Source of the DNA: a virus
Taxonomy: Duplodnaviria > Caudoviricetes
Strand: one strand, 5' to 3'
Virus record (IMG/VR): IMGVR_UViG_2728369482_000003
Span: 32,001 to 96,000 of that record
Length of the DNA: 64,000 nucleotides
In this document: in pieces, positions 50,001 through 57,450 of the stretch
Layout: the number at the start of each line of letters is the position of its first letter
Position numbering within the stretch: position 1 is the first letter of the stretch
Position numbers and translations under genes: made by a program
The notes under the pieces: generated by a model
What the model was told of the DNA's origin: nothing
Database searches by the model: none
What the model saw: the letters and a program-made list of their open reading frames with translations, nothing else

Positions 50001-51099
50001 GGAAGGGATTGTATATACCGGGTCTTCCGCTGCCTTTATGGAACAGGTACGGGATCAGTTTACCTCGGACGGTTACGCAGCCAACAAAGATTTTACCAAG
50101 GTTATTTCCTACACCAACCAGGCCGTACAGCGGTTTAACCAGCTAGTCCGTCGGTACCGGTTCGGAGACCTGCCGAAATTTCTGGAAATTGGGGATGTCG
50201 TGATGGGCTACGCCAATACCGATATTATCAACGGACAGGAGTATGAGGTCCGCTCTATCACTGAGAATCATCCGATCCAGCTGGACGAACTACTCAACAG
50301 CAGTACGGCTACGGGTCAACGGCAGCTCCAGTTACTAACCGATGAATTTCCCCGGCAGGTTCAGCAGCTACGGGCTAATCCGCCCATTGGCTACAAGGTA
50401 GAACTCGAAGAAGTTAACTCGATCAAGGCTGAATTCGACGAATCACCCCGGCAGACTAGTTATCTGCTGGACGTCAAGAACGAGTCCGATATCGATTACA
50501 TCCGGGAGCATCTGAATCTGGTAGGAGCCGTACGAACAAAGATCAACGCTACCTGGTCGGAGTACAACCGAACCAAAAACCGGAGTTTATTCGGCCTGAT
50601 TCAGGAGCTGGAAGGCGTTCGACAAAGTCTGGAAATGATTAACTTTAACCAGCCAATCATTCAGTACCAGAACCAGTTCTACCCCCAGAAGCAGCTGGTG
50701 TTGATTCTCCAGACTGCTGGACAAAGCCCGGACCAGATTGAACAGATTCTTAGCCGGGGTAATATCGTGGACAAGACCTACGATTATGGCTATGCGATTA
50801 CAGCCCATAAAGCTCAGGGAAAAACCTACGTCAACACGCTGATTAACCTGGAAGACATTGACGGTAATAACGACCGGAGACGGCTAGCCAATCCCAAAGA
50901 AGTAAACCGGATTCGGTACGTAGCCTTGTCCCGGGCTACTGGCATCGATTACGTACTGACCCCCAAAGCTGAATCCGTTTCCCAGCCCATTACCGTTAAA
51001 CCTTCCCTATTTGACATCGGTACCCCGGGAGAATCCCTGGATGAGCAGACCGATACTGATTTACGGCTCGACCAACCCTGCGCCAAACCCACCGCCTGA
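41029..51099 (+). CDS. Virion RNA polymerase (crAss/phi14:2 gp66 type) with an N-terminal degenerate zincin and a C-terminal SF1B helicase
   Basis: RIPSQ and GSDFDIDKL (46336-46350) catalytic motifs; EEAFH..EEKLA; GSAGTGKTT, IIDEASM, GDPNQIPP, HKAQGKT and YVALSRA. The ORF track's TTG at 41020 lies inside the -7 box, so ATG 41029 is preferred. Confidence 0.9.
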   Translation: MPYQPLCLNPQDPTVKQFINQYGMRETYRIYTQHQYWLPDFTAYQNRTQADVLPTQGAMDYLQSMVSLDQFNTDNLANIGVELPQGTEAAFWRDTFYFGDSISRGALSEEAFHAVFQRVIPGTEQQDLLDTGKQLLQADLKVLGHTSLNGYYQTMLQSAPQTYENLSKEAGLNRLYEEKLATEFVRWNTYGKQAAWEADWTKRLAPYLGAKSASRISGLISRLFTRLKAVMGLYDKNRLKADLFFSRLRSGVYQTAKVTEAGNLNTVPTTRLIRLGNGQTVSVRESTQLLRNLGALVLQLGDHDLFSYLSEPERIEKALELMSSQYGRTPGGKQVSLVLKPTYFDKVSKQKEVNPEYQLIKADLEAYLGELRSVSTLLDESEEDEIGGGINEFAGYDKEANEIGGFAGLSTWVKQFIARTGIPRLDSNGLPQVHTVDTGNGVIELPILDVVDPQQVYTGLARSLSNTTGVNDRLEKLLVLTQFDGNPATRAVTDQLLRDMAPVRYQATPALQAIQERFTLTDGIRTPQQLDRALQIADARLTARDRSAITQQAFTRLQETSPRVLREELLAAIRTDTLDSYLSSAGKNVLIRILKGFDLWKRDMLNMRVDPSNGLSVISEANVERASKQLLARWESNWNRRTTETPDQLPTGPDVVNSRVTLETKDFPLVQLEALALPEQTAYIESVFDREVDKQLRFLNRFGIQVPSAYLYYRLQWFAEQRYPALPGINQTRSARLKDLYPIPDSLLLTPDDLGLLDKYVQNPAVSPYQATGSKGLEAGMRTRLQKLAEGAARFDESAVDSSYQNAEGKTIYSYQQKTYSLEFFNWFGQTGLTKLEDLYRTGNRTRLRDDPSGNPVYLQLDSWALQKNRLLKAILTDPAVRAQQGKLTAFTVDGTTQTQLEGTPDNARSRPDAQAGEGVTYGGMSPREFDQFNLNSLVSRSTTVGSLTISPVFLGNRETSKTGEYMNLPLLTGLIENDQLTDKGANLLLDEIQKEYERIQQTYKEINPDENGKPRYSAELEKAQNYHTGKSLKPVVVKDPTRLSVTVHVPSAGKDFRGLQFTDGLRGLLPGNWQTLPQPGDTEAGNLILSALAGYDFPRQKLLAPIKQQIRANLDEHLDRFAQEGLWKADLSGPTTLLNLRLSKARVENKLVSDLLNNIAMGQLAYGDAALLYKNDGVDVFKRLKGLNAAIINFKIPFSSPAQGIDEPATYLKALTIGEPTAVSDVSGGSIDLADAQGYQSVQARRKHLYGAGRLDSLQVEVLDAIQEGKPVRGKLLARLRESGIMYNSEKTVGADGQQYKKLSETILSKELTADPYPITKEQFDQWASLDSYNRTRLNPGSPEVSSYIDDKSGQRVYRQWVPKPGRRSLNELRLKMDGFERVGDNWQFRGYEHRIDLVTPLSASKTLNVNVHETRTDAGQPDWGQVDDRSIHQLDFSFYGLQTENPSGKTKIVDPTQMLEIIANELGDDARVWFEQEFIGKNQIETLWQSYLQQRDSTNYQLAEKVFQDESGNLTLHRFRQQAFEAVIRSGKDKQTVDLFDPQHNLNLNLPLTRDQFISQFFSHFSKGVLSHKRAGDSLAHVSSFGHQVIKKLRRVKLDDGSTNITWDVIRDGSREYQLALGQGLSGSLAPFRYKHEFDGKRRIEPTGYTDSKGNTNSSWFSQATTLLGDQDSVYVLDSLRHLKPRLEETAPGSNVYRQTGYFSEALMPVHDDQIRELTPDLRYSFGVRIPSQDKHSAMNVEWVDTLPVFMGSSVILPKEVVELSGSDFDIDKLYLTRFDGYWKKDRNNRNQFVAYGSEQTDEARWESYVHYLLDHYPAIKRELRQKLQDPTYQDLAVVVRALQADQSEQLLDDEQLSDWTAASLQLYFAGDLAGLKAGLDSQYQQALSEVLSQFGLPASQNTYTSLPRAEQEALHVGIIQNRMLSLQQGLLANDTTINDSNPTGGQYNQPAALDKLNELKGETQDGTRLFGESVAPISTHWQLTHSRVHQKNGVGKALIGIGVNTNLFLINAVRLGFQVHPDYLPKLDDNRSHDGIYRAQTVGKNGEAVRSFDINSTIITADTDEAKEALNAYYQLNSDTQAVVLHLTGIGYSLLDGLTLVNQPVIQRYVALTEQARRVKRGIGVISKEEEGLRFASKDKLVRQALGLSDTDKLDLSGSYTVEALRNQLAGYRKTGTYQRSSIDGQLLTDFQNLVELNEYASNFVRFIKLKKGFGRELPAFDQLVKAGERLGFGAVEPEAAPIDIKAKLEAKPRLAAQYLNLINQIVPRSQALQQQVILRRHPLFTGLQQQVSNQLNMVSAADQEILARAVETFLLTKLYQQQGFQLDPASVYQDGGDERITRQLQAFQRDYAFVRKDENGLILEKSIFADNPIFELLQPVTGTDGTSTLRLGGALKLSPSQQENLLDAFQDLYTRPNQPVIDGQTVGQLMATRLVNYHLVKEGFQFTVNSISRLFPPAVFAQLSQQLDQIQANPDVSGNTVNQWSADLLTSLGRDVNYQTYVKPLRRPTGKNSLASLVKQSGFWQYQTADEQVSKQALTTDLVLDSTRIPADKSQELYPSMGLGYSPKTGSVDFPRFIRVEEWMNGGTGEYGEELPSYKQAKTYELVSVIGTDGKVIPLSQIEASPEVSGSKARYVEVIPSGAKGISGATGLPAHYSPAAKTKRDALSSQVKPGSATANYYGLAGNPMLPALVTGVSQSPITIVEKPVVTNKELVISVLPETTEKGKRAETTTKFGVEKPLSYEQLGTEQKQFVDKLQSFVLTDSFNPRDAESVLVLEGSAGTGKTTSVKVALQQLLESGRVYPEQIMLSAPTHTALKTLFRSVRGVRHRNRNPMNTARFYKNNVKTVQSLLGAVRRVNQNGELQFSISKTTKEKLLDIRLLIIDEASMISNVREKGATVSMLEGLQGLQDELPNLKILYIGDPNQIPPVNGKESVVFSLYRNNLHRLTQVFRQSMQNPVIRTLTRIREKIDQPTDPLDYKSAIHNGEGIVYTGSSAAFMEQVRDQFTSDGYAANKDFTKVISYTNQAVQRFNQLVRRYRFGDLPKFLEIGDVVMGYANTDIINGQEYEVRSITENHPIQLDELLNSSTATGQRQLQLLTDEFPRQVQQLRANPPIGYKVELEEVNSIKAEFDESPRQTSYLLDVKNESDIDYIREHLNLVGAVRTKINATWSEYNRTKNRSLFGLIQELEGVRQSLEMINFNQPIIQYQNQFYPQKQLVLILQTAGQSPDQIEQILSRGNIVDKTYDYGYAITAHKAQGKTYVNTLINLEDIDGNNDRRRLANPKEVNRIRYVALSRATGIDYVLTPKAESVSQPITVKPSLFDIGTPGESLDEQTDTDLRLDQPCAKPTA

Positions 51100-54000
51100 T
51101 GGCCTGTACCCTTCCCTACATCCAGAAACTCTCCGTTCCGTCTTCCGAGAAAACTCGGCTGGAAGACCTACACTTTCAGATCGGTCAGCAGCTGCGGGCC
51201 CATCAGTCGGCCGACGGCTCTACGTTTATCCTGAAAGGTGGCTATCTCCGGCTCAACTCCCCGGGTTCTGCCGCCCGGACTGAGCAGGAAGCTTTGCTGG
51301 ACTCGATCAACAGCCAGTACCCCGAACCTGTGGTGCGAATCGAGACCATTCAGGAAGCCTACGATCCGGGAGACGGTGAACTGACCTACCGACCCATTTC
51401 GGTTGTGGGCGTTGACGTTCGGCCCCTGCTGAACCCCAGCTACCGGGACCAGATTGGAGAACTGACCAGCCCCGAAGAATCGACCCTGACGGGGATCGGT
51501 GGGAATCCAGCGGAGACTGTAGTTCAGGCTGATCTGGCCCGGGGTCTCAAGGATTTTGTACTGGATCCCATCCAGGATCCCGACGGGTCGGGCGATCTCC
51601 GGTTTGTGACCGAAGCCCACCACGAGCTGTTTCAAAAGACGGCCGAGCAGGTGACCAAAAAGCTCCGGAATTACCTGGATCTGCTGGAAGGAGGATCGGT
51701 CGAACGGCCTGGCCAGCAGGTGACTATCCAGCAACTTCGGGAGCAGCTACAAGCCTTGGAGAATCCGGATAGTCTGGCCCAGATCGAAGCCGTCTCCGAT
51801 TTTATCGTCCAGGCTTCGGGTTGGCTGGACGGGCTTTACAACACGTTTTTTCTCGACGAAGACTCGGTCCGCTCCACCCAGCGGGAGCTGCAGACGGGTA
51901 TCAACCGAAAGACCGGACAACTACTCACGCCAGCCGAACGGGATACCAGAATCAACTGGGTTGCCCGGCAACTAGCCAAGCAGAAACACTACCTGTACCT
52001 GTTCGACGAGCTGGGCCGCTTCAAACAGCAGCTTCAGGAGCTCGGCTACGTCTCTGCTACCCAGCCCGTTTACGACCGGGGTGAACGTTTACAATCTGAA
52101 ACCCGGGATATTCTGGGCCAACTCGGCGTGAGTCCGGGTAATACCGAATCGGTACTGGACGTCTTACGTTCCGAACAGTTTACCGAAGGAGCTCTACGGG
52201 CCGAGCTGTTCCGGGTACTGTCCGTTACCCATTCTGACCAGCCGGGGCTTACTATCCACCGGACCGTAGAAGACTACCTGGAGCAGGTGTTGAAAAGCTA
52301 TCCGGGCAAGACCGTGGAATCGGTTCTGGACGAAGCCCTGTCTAAAGCCGTTCGACTCAAGCAAAGCCTGGTCGAGCACCACTACGAACTGGTGACCAGC
52401 TGGCTCTGGCCACATATCCAGGCCAAGCAGCAACGCTACACCGGCCCGGACAAGCTCGACCGGGATCAGCTGAAGAGTTTGCTAAAGACGGCAAAAGAGG
52501 ACGAAGGTATCTTTCAGTATGGGCTGGATGCTCCCATTCAGTCATCCGATCCCGTGACGGCTATTGTCGCCAGTCTGACCTCGGATGCCCTGTACCGCTC
52601 GGCCGAGGAAAGCCGGCTGAATTTGAGTAGGCTTCTTTCGGTTCGGGAACCACTGGGGCTGGAAAAAACCATGTCGCCGGCCCAGATCGAAGCCTACCAC
52701 CGGGCGATGACCCATGATACCATCCTGCCCCTGGAAGGCCCTGACTCTGGGGAAGCCGGTGAAGACTGGGATGGACCGGTACTGACCGTTTCCGTCTTCG
52801 GACAAACCAAACGAATCAAAGGGTATACCAAACGGGCCTTTCTGACCGAGTACAACACGGCCCTGCAACAGGCCCACCAGAAAGAATTCTTCGGTCAGCT
52901 ACCGGGTAAACTCGATGAGCTGATGAGTCTGGTTACGGTTCAGGACGGTTACCTGGATGTATCGGACCTGAAGGCCCTGCTTCAGACCAGCTCCCAAGAC
53001 GAATACCTGGGTCCGCTGCTAAGTAAGCTCTTCAGCTACGACCGATCGATGGGTAGCTGGCAACTCCGGACCAATCCGACGGGACCAACGGATCAGAACT
53101 ACGTCCGGGGTAAACTCCGTTCGGGTCTGATCCAAACGTTTTTCAGTCTGCACCAGCAGCCCCTGGATCAGATGAGTAAAGCCAGCCTGTTTACCCGGTG
53201 GAACCTGCTGGATCAAACGGGCAAGCCTAACCGGGATGAACAAACCAGTATCAACTCGGACCTGCAACAGAACAGTCAGGAGTACCGGCTGACGGATCCC
53301 GAACTACAGGGTAAGCTAACGGGCAAAAAGAATGAATCCTGGCTGAATAACTTTGTCGGCTACCGGGTATCGGATACCGAACACTACCTGTACGTACGGA
53401 AGCTGGTAATCAACAAAACGACCGGTAAACCTGAATCCCGCTGGAGCTGGGTGAATATCTATCAGCCCGGTTCACTTACGAACGTTACCCGGCTCTACTA
53501 CGCCAAAGGGGAACTGATCCGGCCGGCCGATCGGTACCGCACCGACCGGGGCAGCTTTGGTATCCAGGTCCAGCAGCAATGGGCTGACCTGCAAACCGGT
53601 GATTCAGTCCGGAAGACTTACTTCGACGGACTCTGGGATGGTTACGAGCGAGCCAATCGGCAGCTGGGTACTCCTGCTTTAGCTCACGGGGTACTACCCC
53701 AGGTCGAACGGCTTCAGTCCTTAACCGAAGGACCCAAGGGTCACTGGGAACGGCTCTGGGACTGGATCAAACAGCACACCCTACTCAGCTGGGTACGCGA
53801 CAGCTACCACTGGCTGACGGGGGAAGCGACGGAAGATCAGCAGGTAGGCCGAAAACCAATTTACCTGGATAATTCACCGGTTCACCAGATCCGGGCTCGC
53901 TATACCAGCTTTATTCCGGATGGACAGCTGGAAGGCGATCTGTTTCGATCGGTCCTTATGTACCAGTCGATGGCCAGTAGTTACCGGGAGCTGACTCGAC

Positions 54001-55637
54001 TCGATCCCCAGGTTCAGGCCCTAAGAACCCTGATTACCGGAGATACCAGCCTGTCTCTGGATCCCCGGGAAGCCCTGGATAAACCGGTCTGGGAGAAAAA
54101 AGCCGGGGAACTCCTGGAACGCCAGCAGAGTAAGGTAGCCAGCCGGCTGAACAAAAAGCTGACCAGCTTTCTGGATGACGTCGTCTACGGGGAATCCGAT
54201 TACGGCCAGGTATATACCCTATTCAACAAACCCGTCGATCCCCAGGTACTGGCCAAAAAGATGTCGGGTTTTACCGCCTTTTCCAACCTGGCCTGGAACG
54301 TTTCCTCGATGATGGGAAACATCGGGGTCGGCTTTTTATCGAACTACTCCGAAGCGGTCAAAGGGAAATACTACCGACCCGAAGATTGGCTGTCGGCGGG
54401 GAAAGACTACTGGCTAAGCATGGGTCAGGGGGAGTTCATCCGGGACCTCTCGGAGATCAATCCCGAGAAACGAAGCAAGTGGACCCAGGTAGCTTCCCAG
54501 CTCGACGCCATTCAGGGAGAAATTCTGGATGAATCGGGCAGCTACAGCCGGGTTCAGACGGTTGACAAACTAATGAACCGGGCTCTGTTCTGGACCCAGT
54601 CGGGAGCCGAGCACATGATTCAGATGAAATCGATGATTGCCCAGATCCGGGGTTTTAAACTAGAATCCGGTAAGACCTTCTACGAAGCCATCGAGCAACT
54701 ACCGAATGGTAAAGTAGAAATCCGGGCCAGTCCCCAGGAAATCCGCAAGTTCCAGCAGCAGCTTCACTCGGTCAACAAGCAGCTTCATGGCCACTACAGC
54801 CAGTTTGACAAATCAATGCTCCAGCGGCATTGGCTGGGTCAGATGCTGATGATGTTCAAAAAGTACATCTACTCCTCCATTCGTTACCGGTTCGGGGACA
54901 GCCGTTTCGACTGGGAAGCCGGGGATGAAACCGAGGGACACCTGCGGGCTTACTGGAAACAGATCGTCTCGGAACTGGGGGATCAAAAAGGAGCGTTTCG
55001 GAAAGCGGCCGTTCTGGGTAACGGGATGCTGCTCCGGCCCAGTCTGTCCGCCGTCGATCAACTGGTCGGGGGACAACTGGGTAAGCTGAGTCCGGGCCTG
55101 GGTAACTACCTGTACGGAGATGAGAGCCAGCTCCGGAATAGTGCGGCCCGGCAAACAGGATTCGACGTGTTGTGGTATTCCCTGATGATTCTGATGGCGG
55201 GCTTTATCCACGGGCTGGATGAGGACGATGATCCCAACGGAGTAGCCCTGCAGAACATGGAAGCCTTTGCCCGGCGGATGGAAGGGGACCTGGGAATGTA
55301 CCTGCCGTTTTACCTGGGTACCGGGGGTAAAACCCTGTTCTCGTCTTACGACAAAGCCTGGCAGCTGGTCAAGTCTCCACTGGCTCAACTGCGGGCCTAC
55401 GATGGTACGGTCAACCTGCTTTCCCAGCTGACGGGCGTGGAACATACCGAGGATGGCTGGGACATGAGCTGGAACGATACCTACAGCCGGGATGGAGCAG
55501 GTTATGAGAAGGGAGAAAGCAAGCTGTACCACAAAGTGGAAAAAAGTTTGCTGGGTCCCCTGGCTCAGCTGAACCGGTTGATGAACCCCGAAGCCCAGCT
55601 GCAGTACCTGAACCTGAGTCGGCGGAACAGCCAGTAA
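51099..55637 (+). CDS. Giant virion cargo protein 3
   Basis: 1512 aa; C-terminal LHGHY...Q....GQ..MMFKKY......RF motif typical of the last crAss giant protein; TGATG coupling to the RNAP gene. Confidence 0.75.
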   Translation: MACTLPYIQKLSVPSSEKTRLEDLHFQIGQQLRAHQSADGSTFILKGGYLRLNSPGSAARTEQEALLDSINSQYPEPVVRIETIQEAYDPGDGELTYRPISVVGVDVRPLLNPSYRDQIGELTSPEESTLTGIGGNPAETVVQADLARGLKDFVLDPIQDPDGSGDLRFVTEAHHELFQKTAEQVTKKLRNYLDLLEGGSVERPGQQVTIQQLREQLQALENPDSLAQIEAVSDFIVQASGWLDGLYNTFFLDEDSVRSTQRELQTGINRKTGQLLTPAERDTRINWVARQLAKQKHYLYLFDELGRFKQQLQELGYVSATQPVYDRGERLQSETRDILGQLGVSPGNTESVLDVLRSEQFTEGALRAELFRVLSVTHSDQPGLTIHRTVEDYLEQVLKSYPGKTVESVLDEALSKAVRLKQSLVEHHYELVTSWLWPHIQAKQQRYTGPDKLDRDQLKSLLKTAKEDEGIFQYGLDAPIQSSDPVTAIVASLTSDALYRSAEESRLNLSRLLSVREPLGLEKTMSPAQIEAYHRAMTHDTILPLEGPDSGEAGEDWDGPVLTVSVFGQTKRIKGYTKRAFLTEYNTALQQAHQKEFFGQLPGKLDELMSLVTVQDGYLDVSDLKALLQTSSQDEYLGPLLSKLFSYDRSMGSWQLRTNPTGPTDQNYVRGKLRSGLIQTFFSLHQQPLDQMSKASLFTRWNLLDQTGKPNRDEQTSINSDLQQNSQEYRLTDPELQGKLTGKKNESWLNNFVGYRVSDTEHYLYVRKLVINKTTGKPESRWSWVNIYQPGSLTNVTRLYYAKGELIRPADRYRTDRGSFGIQVQQQWADLQTGDSVRKTYFDGLWDGYERANRQLGTPALAHGVLPQVERLQSLTEGPKGHWERLWDWIKQHTLLSWVRDSYHWLTGEATEDQQVGRKPIYLDNSPVHQIRARYTSFIPDGQLEGDLFRSVLMYQSMASSYRELTRLDPQVQALRTLITGDTSLSLDPREALDKPVWEKKAGELLERQQSKVASRLNKKLTSFLDDVVYGESDYGQVYTLFNKPVDPQVLAKKMSGFTAFSNLAWNVSSMMGNIGVGFLSNYSEAVKGKYYRPEDWLSAGKDYWLSMGQGEFIRDLSEINPEKRSKWTQVASQLDAIQGEILDESGSYSRVQTVDKLMNRALFWTQSGAEHMIQMKSMIAQIRGFKLESGKTFYEAIEQLPNGKVEIRASPQEIRKFQQQLHSVNKQLHGHYSQFDKSMLQRHWLGQMLMMFKKYIYSSIRYRFGDSRFDWEAGDETEGHLRAYWKQIVSELGDQKGAFRKAAVLGNGMLLRPSLSAVDQLVGGQLGKLSPGLGNYLYGDESQLRNSAARQTGFDVLWYSLMILMAGFIHGLDEDDDPNGVALQNMEAFARRMEGDLGMYLPFYLGTGGKTLFSSYDKAWQLVKSPLAQLRAYDGTVNLLSQLTGVEHTEDGWDMSWNDTYSRDGAGYEKGESKLYHKVEKSLLGPLAQLNRLMNPEAQLQYLNLSRRNSQ

Positions 55638-55678
55638 AAAAGCCCCCGACCTGGTAACAGCATCGGGGGCTTGTTATT
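55636..55678. terminator. Terminator between convergent genes
   Basis: AAAAA-AGCCCCCGA...TCGGGGGCT-TGTT. Confidence 0.75.
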
Positions 55679-55680
55679 CA

Positions 55681-56118
55681 TTAATCTACATCCCAGTCGG
55701 CTTCGTTGTACTCATATTTTCGCCAGTACATAGGTAAATTCAGTTCAGCAGCCATTTGGCCACGATCTTCGTCTGATAGGAACACACCACAGTCCGGAAC
55801 AAAGTCAACCAAAATTACCATTTGTTTAACCTTACCATCCCAATAACCAAGTCGGAAATCACCTGATTTCATCTTCTGTGGTTTTAACTCGTTAGTTTGT
55901 CCAGGTTCCTGAGCTTTGGGTTGATACATACCTTCGAAAAAATACATCCATTTACGGGTCGGGTAAAACTGAAGAGTAGATTCCTCACTTCGACTAAGGT
56001 AGTCCAACCGTTTTATAGTATATCCCTTGTATTCGTATTCCTGATAGTCACAGACCTTTATTACTCGGTCTATGGTATCCACGAATTCGGTTAATACGGG
56101 TTGCCTCAGCTTTTTCAT
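55681..56118 (-). CDS. Hypothetical protein
   Basis: 145 aa in a minus-strand operon. Confidence 0.6.
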   Translation of the reverse strand: MKKLRQPVLTEFVDTIDRVIKVCDYQEYEYKGYTIKRLDYLSRSEESTLQFYPTRKWMYFFEGMYQPKAQEPGQTNELKPQKMKSGDFRLGYWDGKVKQMVILVDFVPDCGVFLSDEDRGQMAAELNLPMYWRKYEYNEADWDVD

Positions 56119-56126
56119 TAACCTAA

Positions 56127-56396
56127 TTATTTTTTAGCTAATACCAACATGGGATCATCAAACAAATAAGAACCGGTAATTTGACCGTTTCTATACTGCT
56201 CGACAGCAACAACATCTCCCTGCTTAAAACCGGTTACGTTACCCATGATTTTGGCAGATACTTCCAAAGCACCAGCTTCGGTACCGTCAAGTGGGCCAGC
56301 CCAGCCTTTGAGCATAATACAACCAATCCCATTTTTTACACAGTCAGGTTTGGTACTCTTAGCAGCTTTAACGAAGATGGTTTGTAGTACAGCCAT
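56127..56396 (-). CDS. Hypothetical protein
   Basis: 89 aa in a minus-strand operon. Confidence 0.55.
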   Translation of the reverse strand: MAVLQTIFVKAAKSTKPDCVKNGIGCIMLKGWAGPLDGTEAGALEVSAKIMGNVTGFKQGDVVAVEQYRNGQITGSYLFDDPMLVLAKK

Positions 56397-56408
56397 TTTT
56401 TGAATTAG

Positions 56409-56831
56409 TTAATAGTGAAAACGATATTGATCAATTAATGCTTTATTACTACCCCATCCAGCCGGACCTGGTTTTTCCATTAGTTTACTGGATAGTAAAT
56501 GAGCCTGTTGGTAGCGGATAACAAACGAGGTTAATCCGAATTGACCGTTACCTTGCAAGGGTTCCAACCGGGTTGAGAACTGACTGGCTAATTCGTTGAA
56601 CCGACTGGTAAAACAAGCCAGATCATCCAGGTCCGTATCGTTGGTAATGTTGTAGGGAACCAGGATTCGAATTTTATCCTGGGCGTCCGGTTCTCCCCGA
56701 CGAACTTTTTGAGGGCCTTCGGGTACAGCCATTCCTTCCCCGATATGATCACCGGTACTAATGTAGTGGTTGATAGCCAGGAATAACCGGTTGATGGGAG
56801 TATTCTCTAACGGTTCAATGGGTGTAGCCAT
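56409..56831 (-). CDS. Hypothetical protein
   Basis: 140 aa in a minus-strand operon. Confidence 0.6.
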   Translation of the reverse strand: MATPIEPLENTPINRLFLAINHYISTGDHIGEGMAVPEGPQKVRRGEPDAQDKIRILVPYNITNDTDLDDLACFTSRFNELASQFSTRLEPLQGNGQFGLTSFVIRYQQAHLLSSKLMEKPGPAGWGSNKALIDQYRFHY

Positions 56832-56844
56832 TGGGAGATTAGTG

Positions 56845-57249
56845 TTAGTATTGGTTACCTACCCAGATTTCAGTTTTAGCTAGCTTAACCAGATCGACGG
56901 GTTGGGTATAATACGCAAATTCGTTAAACCGAAGCACAAATTCAGGTTTGGGCAACCGGGCATCATACGGTTCATCCCCTTCCCCGTGAATCCAATCCAG
57001 ATAATCCGAAATGGATTCAACGTGTCCATCGGCAAAAACAAGTCCTTCTCCGTAGTTGCTGGCTACGGTTTGATGGGAACAGGGTATCAAATTAGACCGG
57101 TGATCCGAGTCGTTCCAGATTTTTTCTTGGTTATCTAGTAAAGCCTGCTCACTGGTGAATACCCGTAATGAACGTACCGGATACCCATCCCGGGTGGAAA
57201 ACGCATTATCGGTCGCTAATCCCTGGGTGGCAAAAAACAGAGTCTTCAT
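56845..57249 (-). CDS. Hypothetical protein
   Basis: 134 aa with an A-rich leader; first gene of the operon. Confidence 0.6.
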   Translation of the reverse strand: MKTLFFATQGLATDNAFSTRDGYPVRSLRVFTSEQALLDNQEKIWNDSDHRSNLIPCSHQTVASNYGEGLVFADGHVESISDYLDWIHGEGDEPYDARLPKPEFVLRFNEFAYYTQPVDLVKLAKTEIWVGNQY

Positions 57250-57380
57250 TATGTCAGTTGTTTGTGTGGTTACTAGTTACTAACTCACTCCGCCAGAAGT
57301 TGACGGTAAGATCGGATAAATCGGGGAATTCTCCGAAAGATTGTGTAATTGGTTAATCGACTACGGGGCTATAGTACTGC

Positions 57381-57430
57381 CCTAAACGGGTCAGGGTCTG
57401 AGGGGCCGGGATAGAGCGGATGTATCTTGC
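57381..57430 (+). promoter_or_regulatory. Putative late promoter, copy 5 (tailspike operon)
   Basis: CCTAAACGGGTCAGG (TCAGG at 57391) and TATCTTGC at 57423 (32 nt offset). Confidence 0.55.
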
Positions 57431-57450
57431 TTTATCTCGGCCTTCCCTGT

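Noticed and set aside
867-55532. Many long antisense or alternate-frame ORFs (e.g. 4877..5722, 32535..33506, 44878..45726)
   Set aside because: They are shadows of strongly codon-biased + strand genes and have no recognisable motifs.
390-55637. Stop-codon reassignment (TAG/TGA), as in some gut crAss phages
   Set aside because: ORFs up to 10 kb are intact under code 11, and all three stop codons end genes at sensible boundaries.
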